From NCBI GenBank assembly GCA_000320545.1, contig ADNK01003472.1:1-64000 (forward strand): DNA of 64,000 nt. The letters are read 5' to 3'. The stretch's first letter is position 1; the number at the start of each line of letters is the position of its first letter. The notes under the pieces are model-generated. The model saw only the letters and a list, made by a program, of their open reading frames with translations, was not told the origin of the DNA and searched no databases. Position numbers and translations under genes: made by a program. Positions 14,358 to 28,893 of the stretch are shown one piece after another. This DNA is from Bigelowiella natans CCMP2755. Lineage: Eukaryota > Protista > Cercozoa.

Positions 14358-15773
14358 ATATATATGTATATATAGAGAGAGAGAGAGAGAGATAGAGAGA
14401 GAGAGGTAGAGAGAGAGAGAGAGATAGAGAGAGAGAGAGTTGTAGTAGTGGCAGCAGTAGTAGTTTATGGTGATGACGATAATGATAACAAGGATGATGA
14501 TGGTGATAGTTCATATGAATGCTTGTGCTTGTAGGGAGGAATGCATTGCTATATTAGTATTTCTGATTTATTGTACAAAATCTATCATTGTTTCTAATAA
14601 AAAATATGATGATGACGCTAAACTACATGACGACTCTAGCAAGCTTTACACATTGACCTACTACATACTTTTTGGATGAATCCTTTCTTGCAGAAGATAC
14701 ACTGAATATAAAGAGAAGTTGAGTCAGTAAGTCGAAATGGTGATTAAGTTAGGATCCACCACCACCACCACCAGCAGCACTGACCGAAAAGGGCTTTTCA
14801 TATCGATGAGTAAGGGAGTGGCGCTTTAAAACCATCTAATGAGGATGAGGATGAGGAATGTGGGAGTACGCATAAGGGGGCTGCTTTTCATCATATCGAT
14901 GAATCAGGAGAGAGAGTATCGCACACACGACGATTATGTGAAATCAAATCGAGTTCATGATGAAAAATAAAGAAATGGGGAGACAGACAGATAGATGATC
15001 AAATTGTTTAATCACTGTCACTTATAGCATCCGAGAGGGTGGTGATGGTGGTGGTGGTGGTGGTGGTGGTGGTGGTAATAACAACAACAACAACAACAAC
15101 AACAATGTGTTCTATTAGACAACACTCAATATGTGAGTTTGCGTATGTGTGTGTAATTTTTTGTGTCGTCTTTCTCCTCCTCCTCCTCCTCCTCCTCCTC
15201 CTCCTCCTACCTTCTGTGTAAATGCAGAGTTGCAGACATCACATCGGAAGGGGCGCTGGCCACGATGATACGTTCGTTGATGATTTACTAGGGTCTAACG
15301 TGTGATAGTAGAAAAAATAATACTTCATATCGATGGTGGTGACAGTAATGATATTGCGATCAAATGCTGATAACAGTGAATAATGCTAATTTATATACAG
15401 TATGCATAAAGCACACACAGTCGTGGTTCAATTAGGTATAATGAAAGCTATATTTGCTGTTTTTCTTGTCTTATGAAGGGCAATCATCATCATCATCATC
15501 ATCATCACCATCATCATCACCGTGTGATGCCAGAATGTCCTGGTACAATTTATACACTTGAACGGTGGTTCGCCTCCTGATTGACGATGATGATGATGAT
15601 GACGACGATGATGACGATGATAGTACGTACGGCTACTGGTAGTTTAGTAGTAGTGGCACCTGCGTGCCTGATCTGGTGTTGTCCGAGATGACATTGCTGC
15701 AGCAAAAAGAAGGTAGTAGTAGTAGTAGTATATTTTAGGACCCCTCTCTTTCTCTCTCTCTCTCGTCTCTCTC

Positions 15774-15837
<64 letters not shown>

Positions 15838-15844
15838 TGTATGT

Positions 15845-15880
<36 letters not shown>

Positions 15881-16764
15881 TGTCGTCAAATACATCAACA
15901 CCTCCGAAGTAGTAGTAGGACACGTATCATCGTTGGCTGATAGCAGTTTCACCACCAAATAAAGTAGTAGCGGTGGCGCTATTAGCATTACTTACGACAT
16001 TCATTTTCTACCTGTCTGAACCTTCTCGAGCAGTTTGTACACTGAAATGGCAACGCTCCCTGATACAACGTTTGCCGTTCATAGAAAGTAAGTTGTAGCA
16101 ACAAGAAGGAGGGGGAGGAGGAGAGATCATACACTTATTTGCTCGCCCGGATGAAATTCCACATATATTATCTACTATCATGAATAAAGAGTGGCGCACC
16201 GTATGGGTGAGATTGTGCACGGCGAGGTGATGCTTCTTGAAGAAGCTCTTCCCGCATTTTAGACACGAATGCTTTCTTATAGGTTGTGTCTTCTTCCTCA
16301 TTATTACGTGTTTTGATGTTTTATTTTTTGCCATGGGCAGTGGGAATGATGACATTGTATTTATCGTATCCTTACTGAAGGGCAGTAGTACTAGGACGAT
16401 AAAAAGACATGTCAATAAAATATTAACGCTGCTGCCGTAGTTGGTGTTGTTGCAGCAGAGGGGGGACAACGTGTTGATGATGATCACGACTCCTTGTAGT
16501 AGGAGTTGATATCAAGCAGGTTGATAATGGTTTCCTTGCTCTCCTCCTCCTCCTCCTCCTTGCTCTCCTTCTGCTGGGCTGCTTTCTTGTGTGCTGTGCT
16601 TCTTCCTCTTAATGATTGTGAAACTGATCGATCTTAAAAATAATACATTTACATCACAATCAAAGCGAAGAATGCATGCGGTTCACCATATGCGACATAG
16701 ACCATTCAGTTACATTAGGCTCGAATTTCTTGCATTTTTGCGCATTTTTGCGGTGAGCATCATC
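13512..16764 (-). CDS. C2H2 zinc-finger protein with about 5-6 fingers, multi-exon
   Basis: Spliced fingers: HSCLKCGKSFFKKHHLAVHNLTHT, PFQCTNCSRRFRQ..HLGQHQIRH, PFKCINCTRTFWHHTTLVNHQRTYH, RPFRCDVCNSAFTQKMVLKRHSLTHRYEKPFS, CIFCKKGFIQK and FCDNCKIEF..HIKHEH. Confidence 0.85.
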
Positions 16765-17973
16765 GTGTAGATAGATTACGTAGATCTTCGGAACGAGAAG
16801 AAAACCTGAATCAGTGTCAAACAAAGGGCAATTCTAACAGACGACATCCAATTCTTTCTCCGTAATCTCATGATCCTTTCAACCGCTCCAGACTCATTTC
16901 TTGTGGATTCCTTTCCTGCTCTCCTCGGGGTTGCTTGAAGGCGCACCTTCACGTTGGCAGCGCAGCATGTTGTCTGTGCACCGTGTTGAATGCAAAATTC
17001 TCAACAGCGTTTCAATGTTTCAACGTTTGTTTCTTTCTCTTCCTTTCTTTTTGTGCTCTCTTGTCCTCGTCTTGGGTGAATTGGCACGTCACCTGATGAT
17101 CCTCGTCCTTTGCAAGTGTCATGCAACACTTTGGGAATGCTGTCCATCATCATGTTTCTTTCTTTTTCTACTGCACCGTTGGTGGCACACCAAACTTCGT
17201 CTACAACCAACCACCACAACCGCATGAGCTCTCCCAAATCGCATCAGGCGACGCTGGCTCTGGCTGTTGTGTCTTCTTTTGTTGTTTGAAAGACAAAACG
17301 TCCAGCCTGCCCGCCACCACGTTCCGGCATTGCGCATGACATTCAGAATTGTTAGTCCTGTTTGCAGTGCTCAACGGCTCCACCAACGAGTTGCCACGTA
17401 CGTGCATCGCGACGGCGCACTCATGCCAGCACCTCTGCGGACCTCAGCACACACACAGTCCTAGAGTCGTGCAAGCAAAACATGAGAGGAGCAAAAACTA
17501 AACAGCAATTCGTGCTCGCATTGGTGCTTTGCAGTTTAGACATCATTGTCCATACGTGAATGTATCATTTCAAGATTTCTACATGCGCACTGCTTCCCAG
17601 TATACCAGCGTCGTGCTTGTGACGAACGCCGCATCCTAGCATGCCTGCCTCGAGCTCGCGTGCACGCACAGCTAGCTGCAGAGCGTGAGCTGGACAGTCA
17701 AATTGTGCATGGACCCCATCGCATATTTCCCCGTCAAGCAACATTTCAAGACGGTGCGTGCGTCATGGATGTTGAGTGTTGTGAGCGCAGCGGGTAGATT
17801 CCATCACAATACACGTGCACATGCATGTCTCCCTTTACACAAAAAACGCAAATATGCATAAGCGCAGCGTCCTGACCACGTGGATATGCACCGTGAAACG
17901 CATCAAAATTGTTTAGTTCTGTCGTGATGAGTTTACTGCCTTCGACCGCATAGTTCAACTTTGCATGCTCGTT

Positions 17974-19657
17974 TTACACGCCACCACCTGATAGCCATGA
18001 TCGTAATCCCCCTTTTTGGATATTTTTATTTCGTTCCGCAAGGCTACGCAATCTTCGTTTTTCTTTGTGTAGCTCTCTCATTCGCTTCACCTCGGCCTCA
18101 GAAGGGAATTCTGGGTCGAGGTTTTCCAATAGGATCGCATGTTCAGTCCTTGTGCCCTTTCGATATGATGATATTATCTTATCGCGCTTATTATACAACG
18201 CGATTATCTTTGTATTATCATTAGCATCAATTTCATCATTTTGAATTCTTATAACTACTACCAAATGATTTCTAGTGGCAGCAGCTGTCAGTTCCAGTCC
18301 AACAAGAGCGGCTGCATCTTTTGTTGACTCCAAGGTGTCGATCCAGCTGTGGACACAAATATACGATACGTGATATCACTTGCCAATATTGCAATCATCA
18401 TTATTTTATAATTACAACCTTTGTTTTCGCATCATCATGCATACAATTGTATACTACCTAGCATCTGAATCTCCAATGATGATGACCATTTTCCCGCCAA
18501 CTCTGACGGTGATGATGATGATAGCAACAATAACAACAATGGGTATGATTTAACAGCTAGTTTCCGAGCAGCGATGATATAACCTTTTGTCTATTTTGTT
18601 AAAGAGCTTGTTGCAGATAGCGACTACATGAAGCTCTATGAAAATGTGAATATATTACAGACTAGGATAAAAACCTTAAGACTTGTTTTGCATTTAGAAG
18701 CCATGCTTCCTGATCCACAGCCCACATCTCCTCATAGTCCAGTAGGACATCGTCATAGTTGTTCTTGTTCTTGTTGTTGTTGTTGTCCGATTTATGCTTC
18801 ACGCGTATAGTTAAAAGAGTGCCAGCATACATAATCAGGAGAAGCCAAGACATTTTTTCTATCTATCAATCATCTTACCTTGTCGGTCCCATCTTTTTCA
18901 TCCATCATCCCCGTTGTTGTCATAGTCATTCTCTTGAATTTTATGCCATTTCTTGTTCGAGTCCTGAGCGCTTTCTTTGATCCCATTTCTCCGTCTTGCC
19001 ACTCTGGAGGCCATCGCTGGCGTTGTGATGACGAGGATCTGCCACTTCTCTGTTTCCTCGTTGTTCTCCTTTTTCCGATGGCCTGTGTGGGGAGAGAGCT
19101 AGATATAAACACGTCGTCTTTCACATTTTCGTCTTCTTCTTCAGGTGCTACAAGTGCGTCGGAATCCTCATCATTCTTTTGCTTTTGTCCACGATCTGTA
19201 TATGATGCATAAATTTATCATACAAACATATTTACACACATACACGAATCAGTCATTGTCACTATTCTAGGGGATGAAATACTGCTACTACATGCGTGAA
19301 GATAATTACGATAGCGGAGTTGGAGAAAAAGAAGTAGTAGTTCTTGTAGTAGTAGTAGTAGTAGTAGTAAGTAAGTAAGTAGTAGGAATAGACAGCAGTG
19401 GTTATCTTCACAGTGGTTGTAGTAGTAGTAGTAGTAGTAGTAGTAGCAGTAGTAGCACAAGTGGTAGTAGTGGTAGTGATAGTGGTGTGTGGTATTTGTA
19501 GCAGTTGCGCTAGGTACAGTAGCAATTGAAAATATAGTAATTCAGTGCAAGAGGGTACCCTTCTTATTGTTGTTATTGTTGTTGTAGTCTGAGAAGACTA
19601 AGGCCGACGATGAGGGTGAAGAAAGAGAGAGCGATGATGCTGCTACTGCTGCTGCTA

Positions 19658-19692
<35 letters not shown>

Positions 19693-19827
19693 GACAACAG
19701 CGGATCGGATGATCCCACGCGCGCACGTGCTTCTCTTGCAACACTGATTAAAGAGGAGGGGTTTATGAATAAGTATGAAAGAGTTCAAGGGCTCACAAAG
19801 GCACGTAGACGATGAGACAATAATGGC

Positions 19828-19860
<33 letters not shown>

Positions 19861-20503
19861 AATTATGATGACGACAACGATAATGAGTAGCTCCTTTTCT
19901 GCTGCTGCTACTGCTGCTACTACTACTGCTGCTCTCAATCAGCTCAAGTAGGAACCTCCTCTCACAGGACTTTACTACTACTAGTAGTACCTGAGGTAGT
20001 CATACACTCCAGGGTATGGTGGTGAAGTAAGAATAGCACCGACCTCAATCATTTTACTGCTACAACTGCTACTACTATTGCTGCTGCTACTGATGTCCTC
20101 CTCATTTGAATAATCCTTCCTACTGCTAAAATAACCCAAGTACTGCTGCCACCCCCTCCTGGCGTCATTTCGCATTATACACGCATTTGGCGTATTAGGA
20201 TGCACAGTCTGCAAGGAAAATATACATTAAAATTTTAGATCAGATTGCCTCCTCGTGCTACTGGCACTCAGGAGGAGATCACATAGACTTCTATGCTTGT
20301 TTATTTAATTCATTCTACTACATCCAAGCATAACAACAGAGAGAAATATGAACATTAGAACATGAATAGACTGCAGGAATCTCGAGTGATGATTGGTGTT
20401 TTTGCACTAGTTAGCTTGCTGCTACTTCAGCTGCTACTTTTAATTTGTAATAATTTTCAGCCCAGCTTCAAAGGGGCTCTTCCGAAATCACACGCACACA
20501 CAA

Positions 20504-20555
<52 letters not shown>

Positions 20556-20581
20556 ACAAACGCGCGCGCGCACACACTTCC

Positions 20582-20664
<83 letters not shown>

Positions 20665-21029
20665 TTAAGTAGTGAATCCCTCCTAGTATTCCTCTACAAT
20701 ATTTTGGAAGCTGTTAAAATTCTCCCCCCTAAAAGCAAAAGGGGGGAGGTGATTGGTGTCTTTGATGTTGGAGATCATCATCCCTCCAGCGAGGGAAATT
20801 TTTTTTTTTCTTTTTCCCCTCTCCATTTGGTGGTTACCTTTTTTTTTTTTTTTGATTTGCCCTTCATGACCGTCTTCCCTTTTTCGTCCTTTCCCCCCCC
20901 CCCCCCCGCCCCCTCCTCCTAGGTTGCGACGATGCAGCATGGCTGAGAAGATGAACCACAAGCATGCTTGCACGTTGGGTTTCTCTCCTACAGATTCCTC
21001 ACGAATCCATAATCTAACAGAGAAATTAT

Positions 21030-21061
<32 letters not shown>

Positions 21062-21159
21062 AATGATGAGAGAGAATTATTATTGTACGCTCAGATTCAT
21101 CGTCCACATCACTGAATTTTTGTATGACCACCTGAGATCATCAAGAGTGACAACTGCGC

Positions 21160-21195
<36 letters not shown>

Positions 21196-21846
21196 CACCA
21201 GCTCCTAAGTAACCGTAAGAATAGTAGATCAAGTAGATAAGAATGCATCCAGAACTGCAATGTCACTGCCGCACCTATGATATCCGTTGACTCCTCCTCC
21301 TCCTCCTCCTCCTCCTCCTCAGCTTCTTTGGTTATTGTTCCTTCGATGATTCTTTGTGTTACTCTATCCGCCATTGATTGAACCCGCTCAAGATCATCAT
21401 CACTAGGTCTCCAGCTGAATAGAATAATCATCACCAGCACAAACGTCATTTTAAGCATAACATTGCTGTCATCGTGTAACAAGAAGATTAACATCATTGA
21501 AGAACTTTATGGTAGGGAGATTTCACAGCTGCTCGCAAGATGGCACTGGGTGCAACAATCAGCATTGGGTAGCAGCAGGTAACAACGTTACTAGCCACTA
21601 ACAACCACCACAATCACCGCAATTATGGCTCAATAGTTTATGATGATGTAAGTTTTATTTAGGAGAAATAGAGTACCTAGCTTAGTATAGTACATATTAA
21701 CATTCGTACGTGTGAAATTTGGAGACGAATACTGCTAAAGGCGAGATGTCAAAACCGTATGTACGCTTTCCAGCTCGCATGCCCTCAAGTATTGTTGTCC
21801 CCCTGAGAAATCCATACATACATACATACGTACGATCACAGGTGTA

Positions 21847-21877
<31 letters not shown>

Positions 21878-22663
21878 GTGATGGTGGTGATAATGGTGGT
21901 GGTGATGATTACGGTGGTGGTGGTGGTGGTGGTGATGATCTAAATAATGATTCCAATATTTATCTTACGAAATGATATATTGATTTGAGCGAACACTTGA
22001 CACAAAAGGGGTTACTATCATTATTTGATCATACCCTCCAACAAAGGGGTCTAGCACTTCTGCGCTCTCGTTGAGAAGATCACGCAAAATAACGTGAGCG
22101 GCTACATATTCGATAGTAAGTATCGTAAAACGACGACAATGACCATAAGATGAGGAGCTTCCATCGCTATTAACATAGAAAGGATGCGAACAACATGGGA
22201 GGGTGGGGAGACAGAGCATCACTACACCACCACCATCACCACCACCCATAGGTTGGAGTCCTGCAGGATACGAATGAAATCCTATCAAAACCAAAAAACT
22301 TGAGAACAAAAAAAGAGTTATTTTTCATCGTTGAAATTATCGTGTAATCATAATAATTGTTATAAAGATTTTGCTTCTTGATTTTTATCAGTTCCATACT
22401 ACGGATCACATTCACCATCACCATCAGCAGTAGCACAGACATCATTATCGCTAAACAGCTGTATTATTAGTTGTTGGTGTTCATGTTGTGTTGTTGTTGT
22501 TGTTGTTGCTGTTGTTGTTGTTCTATCCTCAATTCATGGCGAACCGTGAGTCAGTCGTGGAAATCCACTAGGTGTATGAGGAAATCCATACTAAAATTAT
22601 CAAAATAATTATACTACTAGTAATAAAACTACCAAATATTATAATTCAGAGGCTACCTTCTCG

Positions 22664-22702
<39 letters not shown>

Positions 22703-23300
22703 ACACGCACACACACACACACGCGCGCACGCACGCACACACTGTAATCGCCTTATACAGCCCCTTGTCTGTGCTCTATACTATTTTTTTGAAGTAGGTT
22801 CACACTTAGTCATACTTTCCACTGCAGCCAAAGCGCCTCGGCAAGTACCTTGAGACGATATTATGGTCTCATCAGTGCACAATGGTGAGAGCACACCACC
22901 AGAACATAGTATTACTGTGTGACATCATCAATAGGTCATTTTCCATCGCAATTTATTACACCTTTGCCTTTTCAGGATTTCCTTGTAGAACGAGCTCGGG
23001 TCGACCACTATCATCATCAGCATTATCACCATCATATTTATGTTGGTACATTTGATGGCTTTCACCGGTTGAAACACGAGGATTTTGTATGTTTCCTAAC
23101 TTGCCCTTCACAGTTGACAGGCACTGAAGACTGCCTCCAGATATTCTCTGCTGAATATTTTGCTCTCTTACCGGTGTGAACATTTCACTGCGAAAGGGAT
23201 AATGTCTCCTTGCTAGTAGTAAGCCAACACTAGGTCTCCAAATGGTGCGACGGCTATTCACTAGAGAGGTTACAAGAACCACAGCAACTACAAGCGCCAT
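17974..23300 (-). CDS. Bacterial-type amino (N4-cytosine / N6-adenine) DNA methyltransferase, alpha-type motif order, spliced, with N-terminal signal+transit-like leader
   Basis: Exons: MALVVAVVLVTSLVNS...LVLQGNPEKAK | VLAEALWLQWK | YGFPHTPSGFPRLTH | GFHSYPAGLQPM | AAHVILRDLLNESAEVLDPFVGG | GTTILEGMRAGKRTYGFDISPLAVFVSKFHT ... ILTSPPYPGVYDYL ... EMGSKK ... AWLLNAKQVLR | VGGKMVIIIGDS ... TRTEHAILLE, stop at 17974. The 5' junctions were checked and are phase-consistent. Confidence 0.85.
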
Positions 23301-24029
23301 CGTTCGTGCAAATTCGTCAGCTTACAACGAAATCATGGATAGAGAAGAAGAGACAAGATGATGTATTTAAGGAGGCCCTCCTTGGGAGAGAAAGTGGGGT
23401 TCTCGAGGACTGCGTCCACCATCGGTATTATTTCGTTCTCTATGTTGCCTTGTTTCGCTTCAGCATGAGACGCAAAATACCATGAAAATGCTTGTCGTCG
23501 TTGATGTTTCTAGGCATTATTAGAGTCTATTCTGCCGTATCCGTTTTCTTTCTTATCCGCGGTTAATGTGATCTTTGCGCGTGATATTTTTAGGTATTAT
23601 TAAAGCAGAAGAACACGACCCGTGATAACATGCCATTGTGCAATCTAGCAATCTGTGTTACGTAGATAGAAAAAAGGCATGGTACCACAATAGGATTTTA
23701 CTTTATTTCCTTGTCGTTAAGCAATAACTGCATTCTCCTTCATCAATAAATGGTCCACACGCAAATCAAGTCGAACAGCAGCTCCATTATTTTGAACGAC
23801 TGAAATATAAGTGACAATCGCTGAGTAATTTCCTGCATTCATAAAGCTAATTGCATCGAAACGAGTCGCGATGATCTGAAAGGAGAGTCGTGTACGCATT
23901 GTCTATTGCACGGTGGCCTCCACTTACACATCATTTTCCCCAAGGTTTGCGGAGGAACACTCCAAGAGGGGTTAAAGGTTTAAGTCAATAGTCAATGGTT
24001 CATGCAATGTAAATTGTAAAATATATATT

Positions 24030-24067
<38 letters not shown>

Positions 24068-24080
24068 GGAGGCTAGTTGA

Positions 24081-27000
24081 ATGCCATCGGCAGGAGGAAG
24101 TAAAGAAGTTACTAACCAACCGCTATCATATCTCTCAAGCGCGAAAATTCGCATTGATCGATTTCATCCCTTCTCGTTGTCTCCTCCAAACGCTAGCGTA
24201 CCCAGCAGAGGGATTGATGCAGCAACCAAAGATGCGAAGAAGTCATCAGCAAAGTTGACATCTAGCAATCCCGATACCATAGCAAATATGTCCAAAATCT
24301 TCGACGTTGTTCCCAAATTCCCAGGGGCTACAAAATTTAGTGCTTTCTTGATTTCTTCAGAAATGTCCAAAAAGAAGAAGGTTTGTTTCGCGTATTAGTT
24401 TGTTTCCTTCCCCTATCCCTTTCTCGAGCCAATAACTCAATGTTGGCTTTGTCGGGTATTCTTCCCTCATGTGAATGTCGATATTTGTGATAAATAAGAA
24501 ATCTGGGGTAAAGCGCAAGCACAAATCATTACTCGTGAAGAAACCTCGTCACCCGAAGTATGAAAAGTGATATTTGATGCAAAACATTCGCTTCTTACGT
24601 CAAATTTATTCGTTGCAGAAAACCGAAAACTGCGTACAACTTCTTTCAAAGAAATGCCCAGGAAATACTCAGCAATGTACAATCATTATAATTTGGTTTT
24701 TACTTTAGGATTTATGATATCACATAAATATTGTACCCATTAATAGAAACTGTACAGCCAAGAAGCTGCGCGTAATATTGGCAAATGGTGGCGGAAGCTC
24801 TCCGTGAAAGAAAAATCGGTTAAATATTGCCTTCTTTCATGATATGATTGAATTTGGCAAGGATTTTTCAAGACTAAATTTCTTGTCCTCACATATTAGC
24901 CGTTTGAAAAGCTAGCTCGGGATGATCGTGATCGTTACAACAAGGAGAAGGCTCTTTATTTGCAATTCCTCCACGAGAAGGATGGTAGAGTAGCTTCCAA
25001 CCATCAACACCGAGAAGTTGCTACTGCTGATTCTCCTGCTTCTGCTATCGCTGCTTCTCCAATGCTCACCACTGAGAGCATAAAAGGCGAAAAATACATT
25101 AAGAGCGCTAATGATAACACGATGAGCATTGGTGTCCTCTGCAACAACTCTCAAGACCATCACTCAATGTACCTTCCCATCAGCCAACAGTCTCACTACT
25201 ACGACTACTACCCAAATCGCCTCCAGAATCCCTATCATCACCACCGGGCTGTAGGCTTTACAGTGACGGCACCGTCACCACAAAGGAATCTACTTCATGG
25301 CCAGCAGCAGAAGCAGCACTTACAACAGCGCCACCAACAGCTTCAGCTTCTTCATCATCATCATCATCACCATCATCATCCGAGTCGGTTGAAGCTGGAA
25401 GCACTTCTTGGTGAAGCAAGGGCACGAGCAATGATGCGTGCAGAGGAAGAGGCAAGGGCAAAGGCTCAAGCTCGCGCACATGTGGAAGCTCAAGCAATGG
25501 CCCGCAAGCAAAAATTGCTTCACACTATTCATAGCAACAACAGTTCCAGTAATAATATTCAAAATAGGATGGTGATGATGATATCTGATGCCAAGAAGAA
25601 GTTGAAGAATCTTAATGATAACGGTGAGGATGGAAGTGATAGTAAAGGAGTCTCTACAAGCTGCTGCTCCATGAATCGATCGGAGAATAGTAGTAGTATC
25701 AAGATGGAGTGGTGGAGGCCCAACACTTCTACCTCAAACTCTACTAACCGAATGAAAGAAGGAGTTTTAACTGGGATGATGACAACAAAGAAGGAGGGTG
25801 AAAAGAAGGAAGAAGAACAGAAGGAGGAGGAAAGTGGGCAGACTGTTGAACGTGCATGTACTAATACGGTGGTGGGTACTGAGAAGAGGAATCATAGAAT
25901 TCAACAACAGGGGAGACAACGAGAGGAGGTGGAGGAGGAGGGGGCACAAAAGCAACAAGATACTACTACAATCGAGAACAATGACAACCAAAAAAATGTG
26001 GTGCAACAAGAAGTTACAGCAGCAGCAGCAGCAGCTATCATGAAGAAGAAGAAGAAGAAGAAGAAGAAGAAGAAGAAAACGTGCAAAAGGAGTGTTTCAC
26101 ATACGTCACCAGGAGAAACACTAAGGGGGGGGAGAGGAGAGTTATCAGCACACGAAGAGGAGGGGGGGGGAGGAGTAAAGTATTCTATGAAAAGGAGTCA
26201 TCATCATCATCCAATTGCTACTGCGTCTTCTACTCTTAGCTCTCGGAAATCCACCAAATACAAGAGCAACAAGAAAAGGAAGAAGAAGACAAATAATAAT
26301 AACAATAATACGCAACAGAAGATCGAGAAGAAGCACAAGTCTACAGAAGACTCACCTTTCATTATTCCAAAGTTATTTCCAGTAGTAGTAACCCATGCTA
26401 CTGCTGGTACACCATTACCACCACCACCACCACCAGTAGCAGCAGCAGCAGCAGCAACAATCGGAAATCAGCAGCAAAATCAGCAGCAACAACAAGGAAA
26501 AACAGGATTTGCTAGTCTCCTTTCATTTTCTAGATATGGCATGCCGTCATTGGGAGAGGAGGGGGAGGAGGAGACCATGAGAAATAAGAATGTCGGCAAC
26601 AAGGGAAGTGGTGGTGCTGGTGGTGGTGGTGGCCTCAAAGACGACGATTACAGTAGTTATTTCAATGACGCTAAAGTATCACGGGTTAGTAGTGCTCATT
26701 GCGATGATGATGATGACGATGACGATCGAAGAAGAAAGAAAAGTGGCACACCATTAGTTCCTGCAGCTGCTAATAATGATTCGGAAGTTGTTCATGATAA
26801 TATAAATTCAGGGTTGGTAAATAAAATCAAAGGGCAGCAGTATCTTAGCAGTAACAATAATAAGGATGATGGTGCGTCCACAGAGCAACAACTCAACTTT
26901 CTTCGGAAAAGCAGCAGCAACGATAAACATGTCGTACTTGAACACCACGGTGACAACTTACATCATAATTCGCCTCCTGCTCAACCGTTCTCGTCATCGT

Positions 27001-27308
27001 CATCATCATCGTCAGTGTTTCCTCTTTATGAACAACTAGAGAAATTTGAGTTCCTTGACAACGAAGAGGAAATAGAACAAGATCCATACTCCTCAAAACT
27101 ACTCTTGTTTTCATCTTTTTCAAGGGATGGTGATGACCTTGATAACTATCATGAGGAGAAAGAAAAATTGACCTATACACCTACAGCAATCGGTGATGAC
27201 GAAGAAGACGATGATGATGGTGCTAATTACGATGGATCGTCCTTCTTTTTACGCTCATCAGCTGGTGATGAAGAGTACCACTCACTTACTGCGACAATTC
27301 TATCATGA
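24081..27308 (+). CDS. HMG-box transcription factor with long low-complexity C-terminus
   Basis: The HMG box is split over exons: KKPRHPK | KPKTAYNFFQRNAQ (~24620) | EAARNIGKWWRKLSVKEKS (~24765) | PFEKLARDDRDRYNKEKALY (~24900). It continues into the 782-aa ORF ending at 27308. Confidence 0.85.
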
Positions 27309-27960
27309 TAAAGATACGCACGACAGCAGTGCTACTTTCTATTAAATTGCATCGATTGGTGCTCTATGAAAAAATTGTTATCATTATCTATGACGACGAC
27401 GATAAGGCCCAACCAAATATCTACTATTTTCCACACACAATGAGGTCTATGATGATCTTTTGAAGTAGCAGCCAAATAGCTACATTCCACACACCAATCT
27501 AACAACATATGTACAGTGTACCTACTACGACTACAGAGTCCATCATCATCACCATCATCGTCATCATCATCATCATCTTGTTATTATCATTATTGTCACC
27601 ACCTACGATGCAATATGATACTAATTGAATTATGACACAACTGATAATAATCACCATATCCAAACCTGAAGATATTCATGTGACACGATTTCATTGAATT
27701 TCTAGTTTATCTGTGAGTTGAGCAGAGTGTTGGCACTTAGCACATTATTATTATTTTTATTATTATTCTTGCAGCACATTCTGTGGTAGTAAGGAAGTAA
27801 GAAAGTAGTAGTATCCCAGTAGTCCTCCATTTGTAAATATTGGTACGGAGGACCAGGAAAATGTCATCATTTATTTAGAGCATCGTCAAAGCACTTCAAC
27901 AACTACTACTCTGGATTTATCACAGGGAATTTTGCTGCTGTCCCGTGCAAATAAACACAC

Positions 27961-28004
<44 letters not shown>

Positions 28005-28670
28005 GTATATAAACCCTTGACTAAGTATGTAAAGCCTTACATATCAGGGCCATTCACCAACCGTTTCTTGTATGGATAGAACAATTTGATTAAAATGTAT
28101 CTATCATATGAGCGAATATTTCCTTAAAAAAATTGTAAAAATATTAACACGGTGTACATGTCAGTCTTCCCACCCAGAAGTACAAAACAATGAATTATTC
28201 GGCCAGAGTGACATATTACACTGGATGGAATAATTAATGTGATGAATGCTTTTTTTCCATGGTGCCATATTTAAAGTTTAAAATAAAATTTGAACATGCA
28301 TCCCCATCTTATTGTTGCATAGCATGCGTGTTGTTACTTGGTGGCTAGGGATTCGACCAGCAATCTAGCAATGCAAACTTGCTAGCTTGATTATCTTGCA
28401 CTTTGGCGAGTATTATAGTGCACACCGCACTGTGTTCAAGATGCGAGTACGTACGTACACACACAGCCGTCATCATGTAGCTCGTGCATGTGCGTGCGCT
28501 GCAAGCTAGCAAGGCGGCTGCTTATGCTCTACTAGTCTAGCCACATTGCGCTAGCATGTGGACTCTCTTACTATGCGATATGCGATACGCTATCCATTTG
28601 TTACTTCCATTTGCACATCATTGCGATCATTCCAGCATTGGCTGTGTACGTGCTATAGCGTGTGATGCTG

Positions 28671-28703
<33 letters not shown>

Positions 28704-28851
28704 ATGACCATTGAAAAAATTTAATTCTTCATTACATCCGTCTCATATATATATATATGGGGTCCGCGAGTGGTAAATATATACGCACTCGTGCATTGCG
28801 CCTGTCGTTGCATGGTTTGCTGCTATACAGCTATATAGAAGACACAGTAAT

Positions 28852-28893
<42 letters not shown>

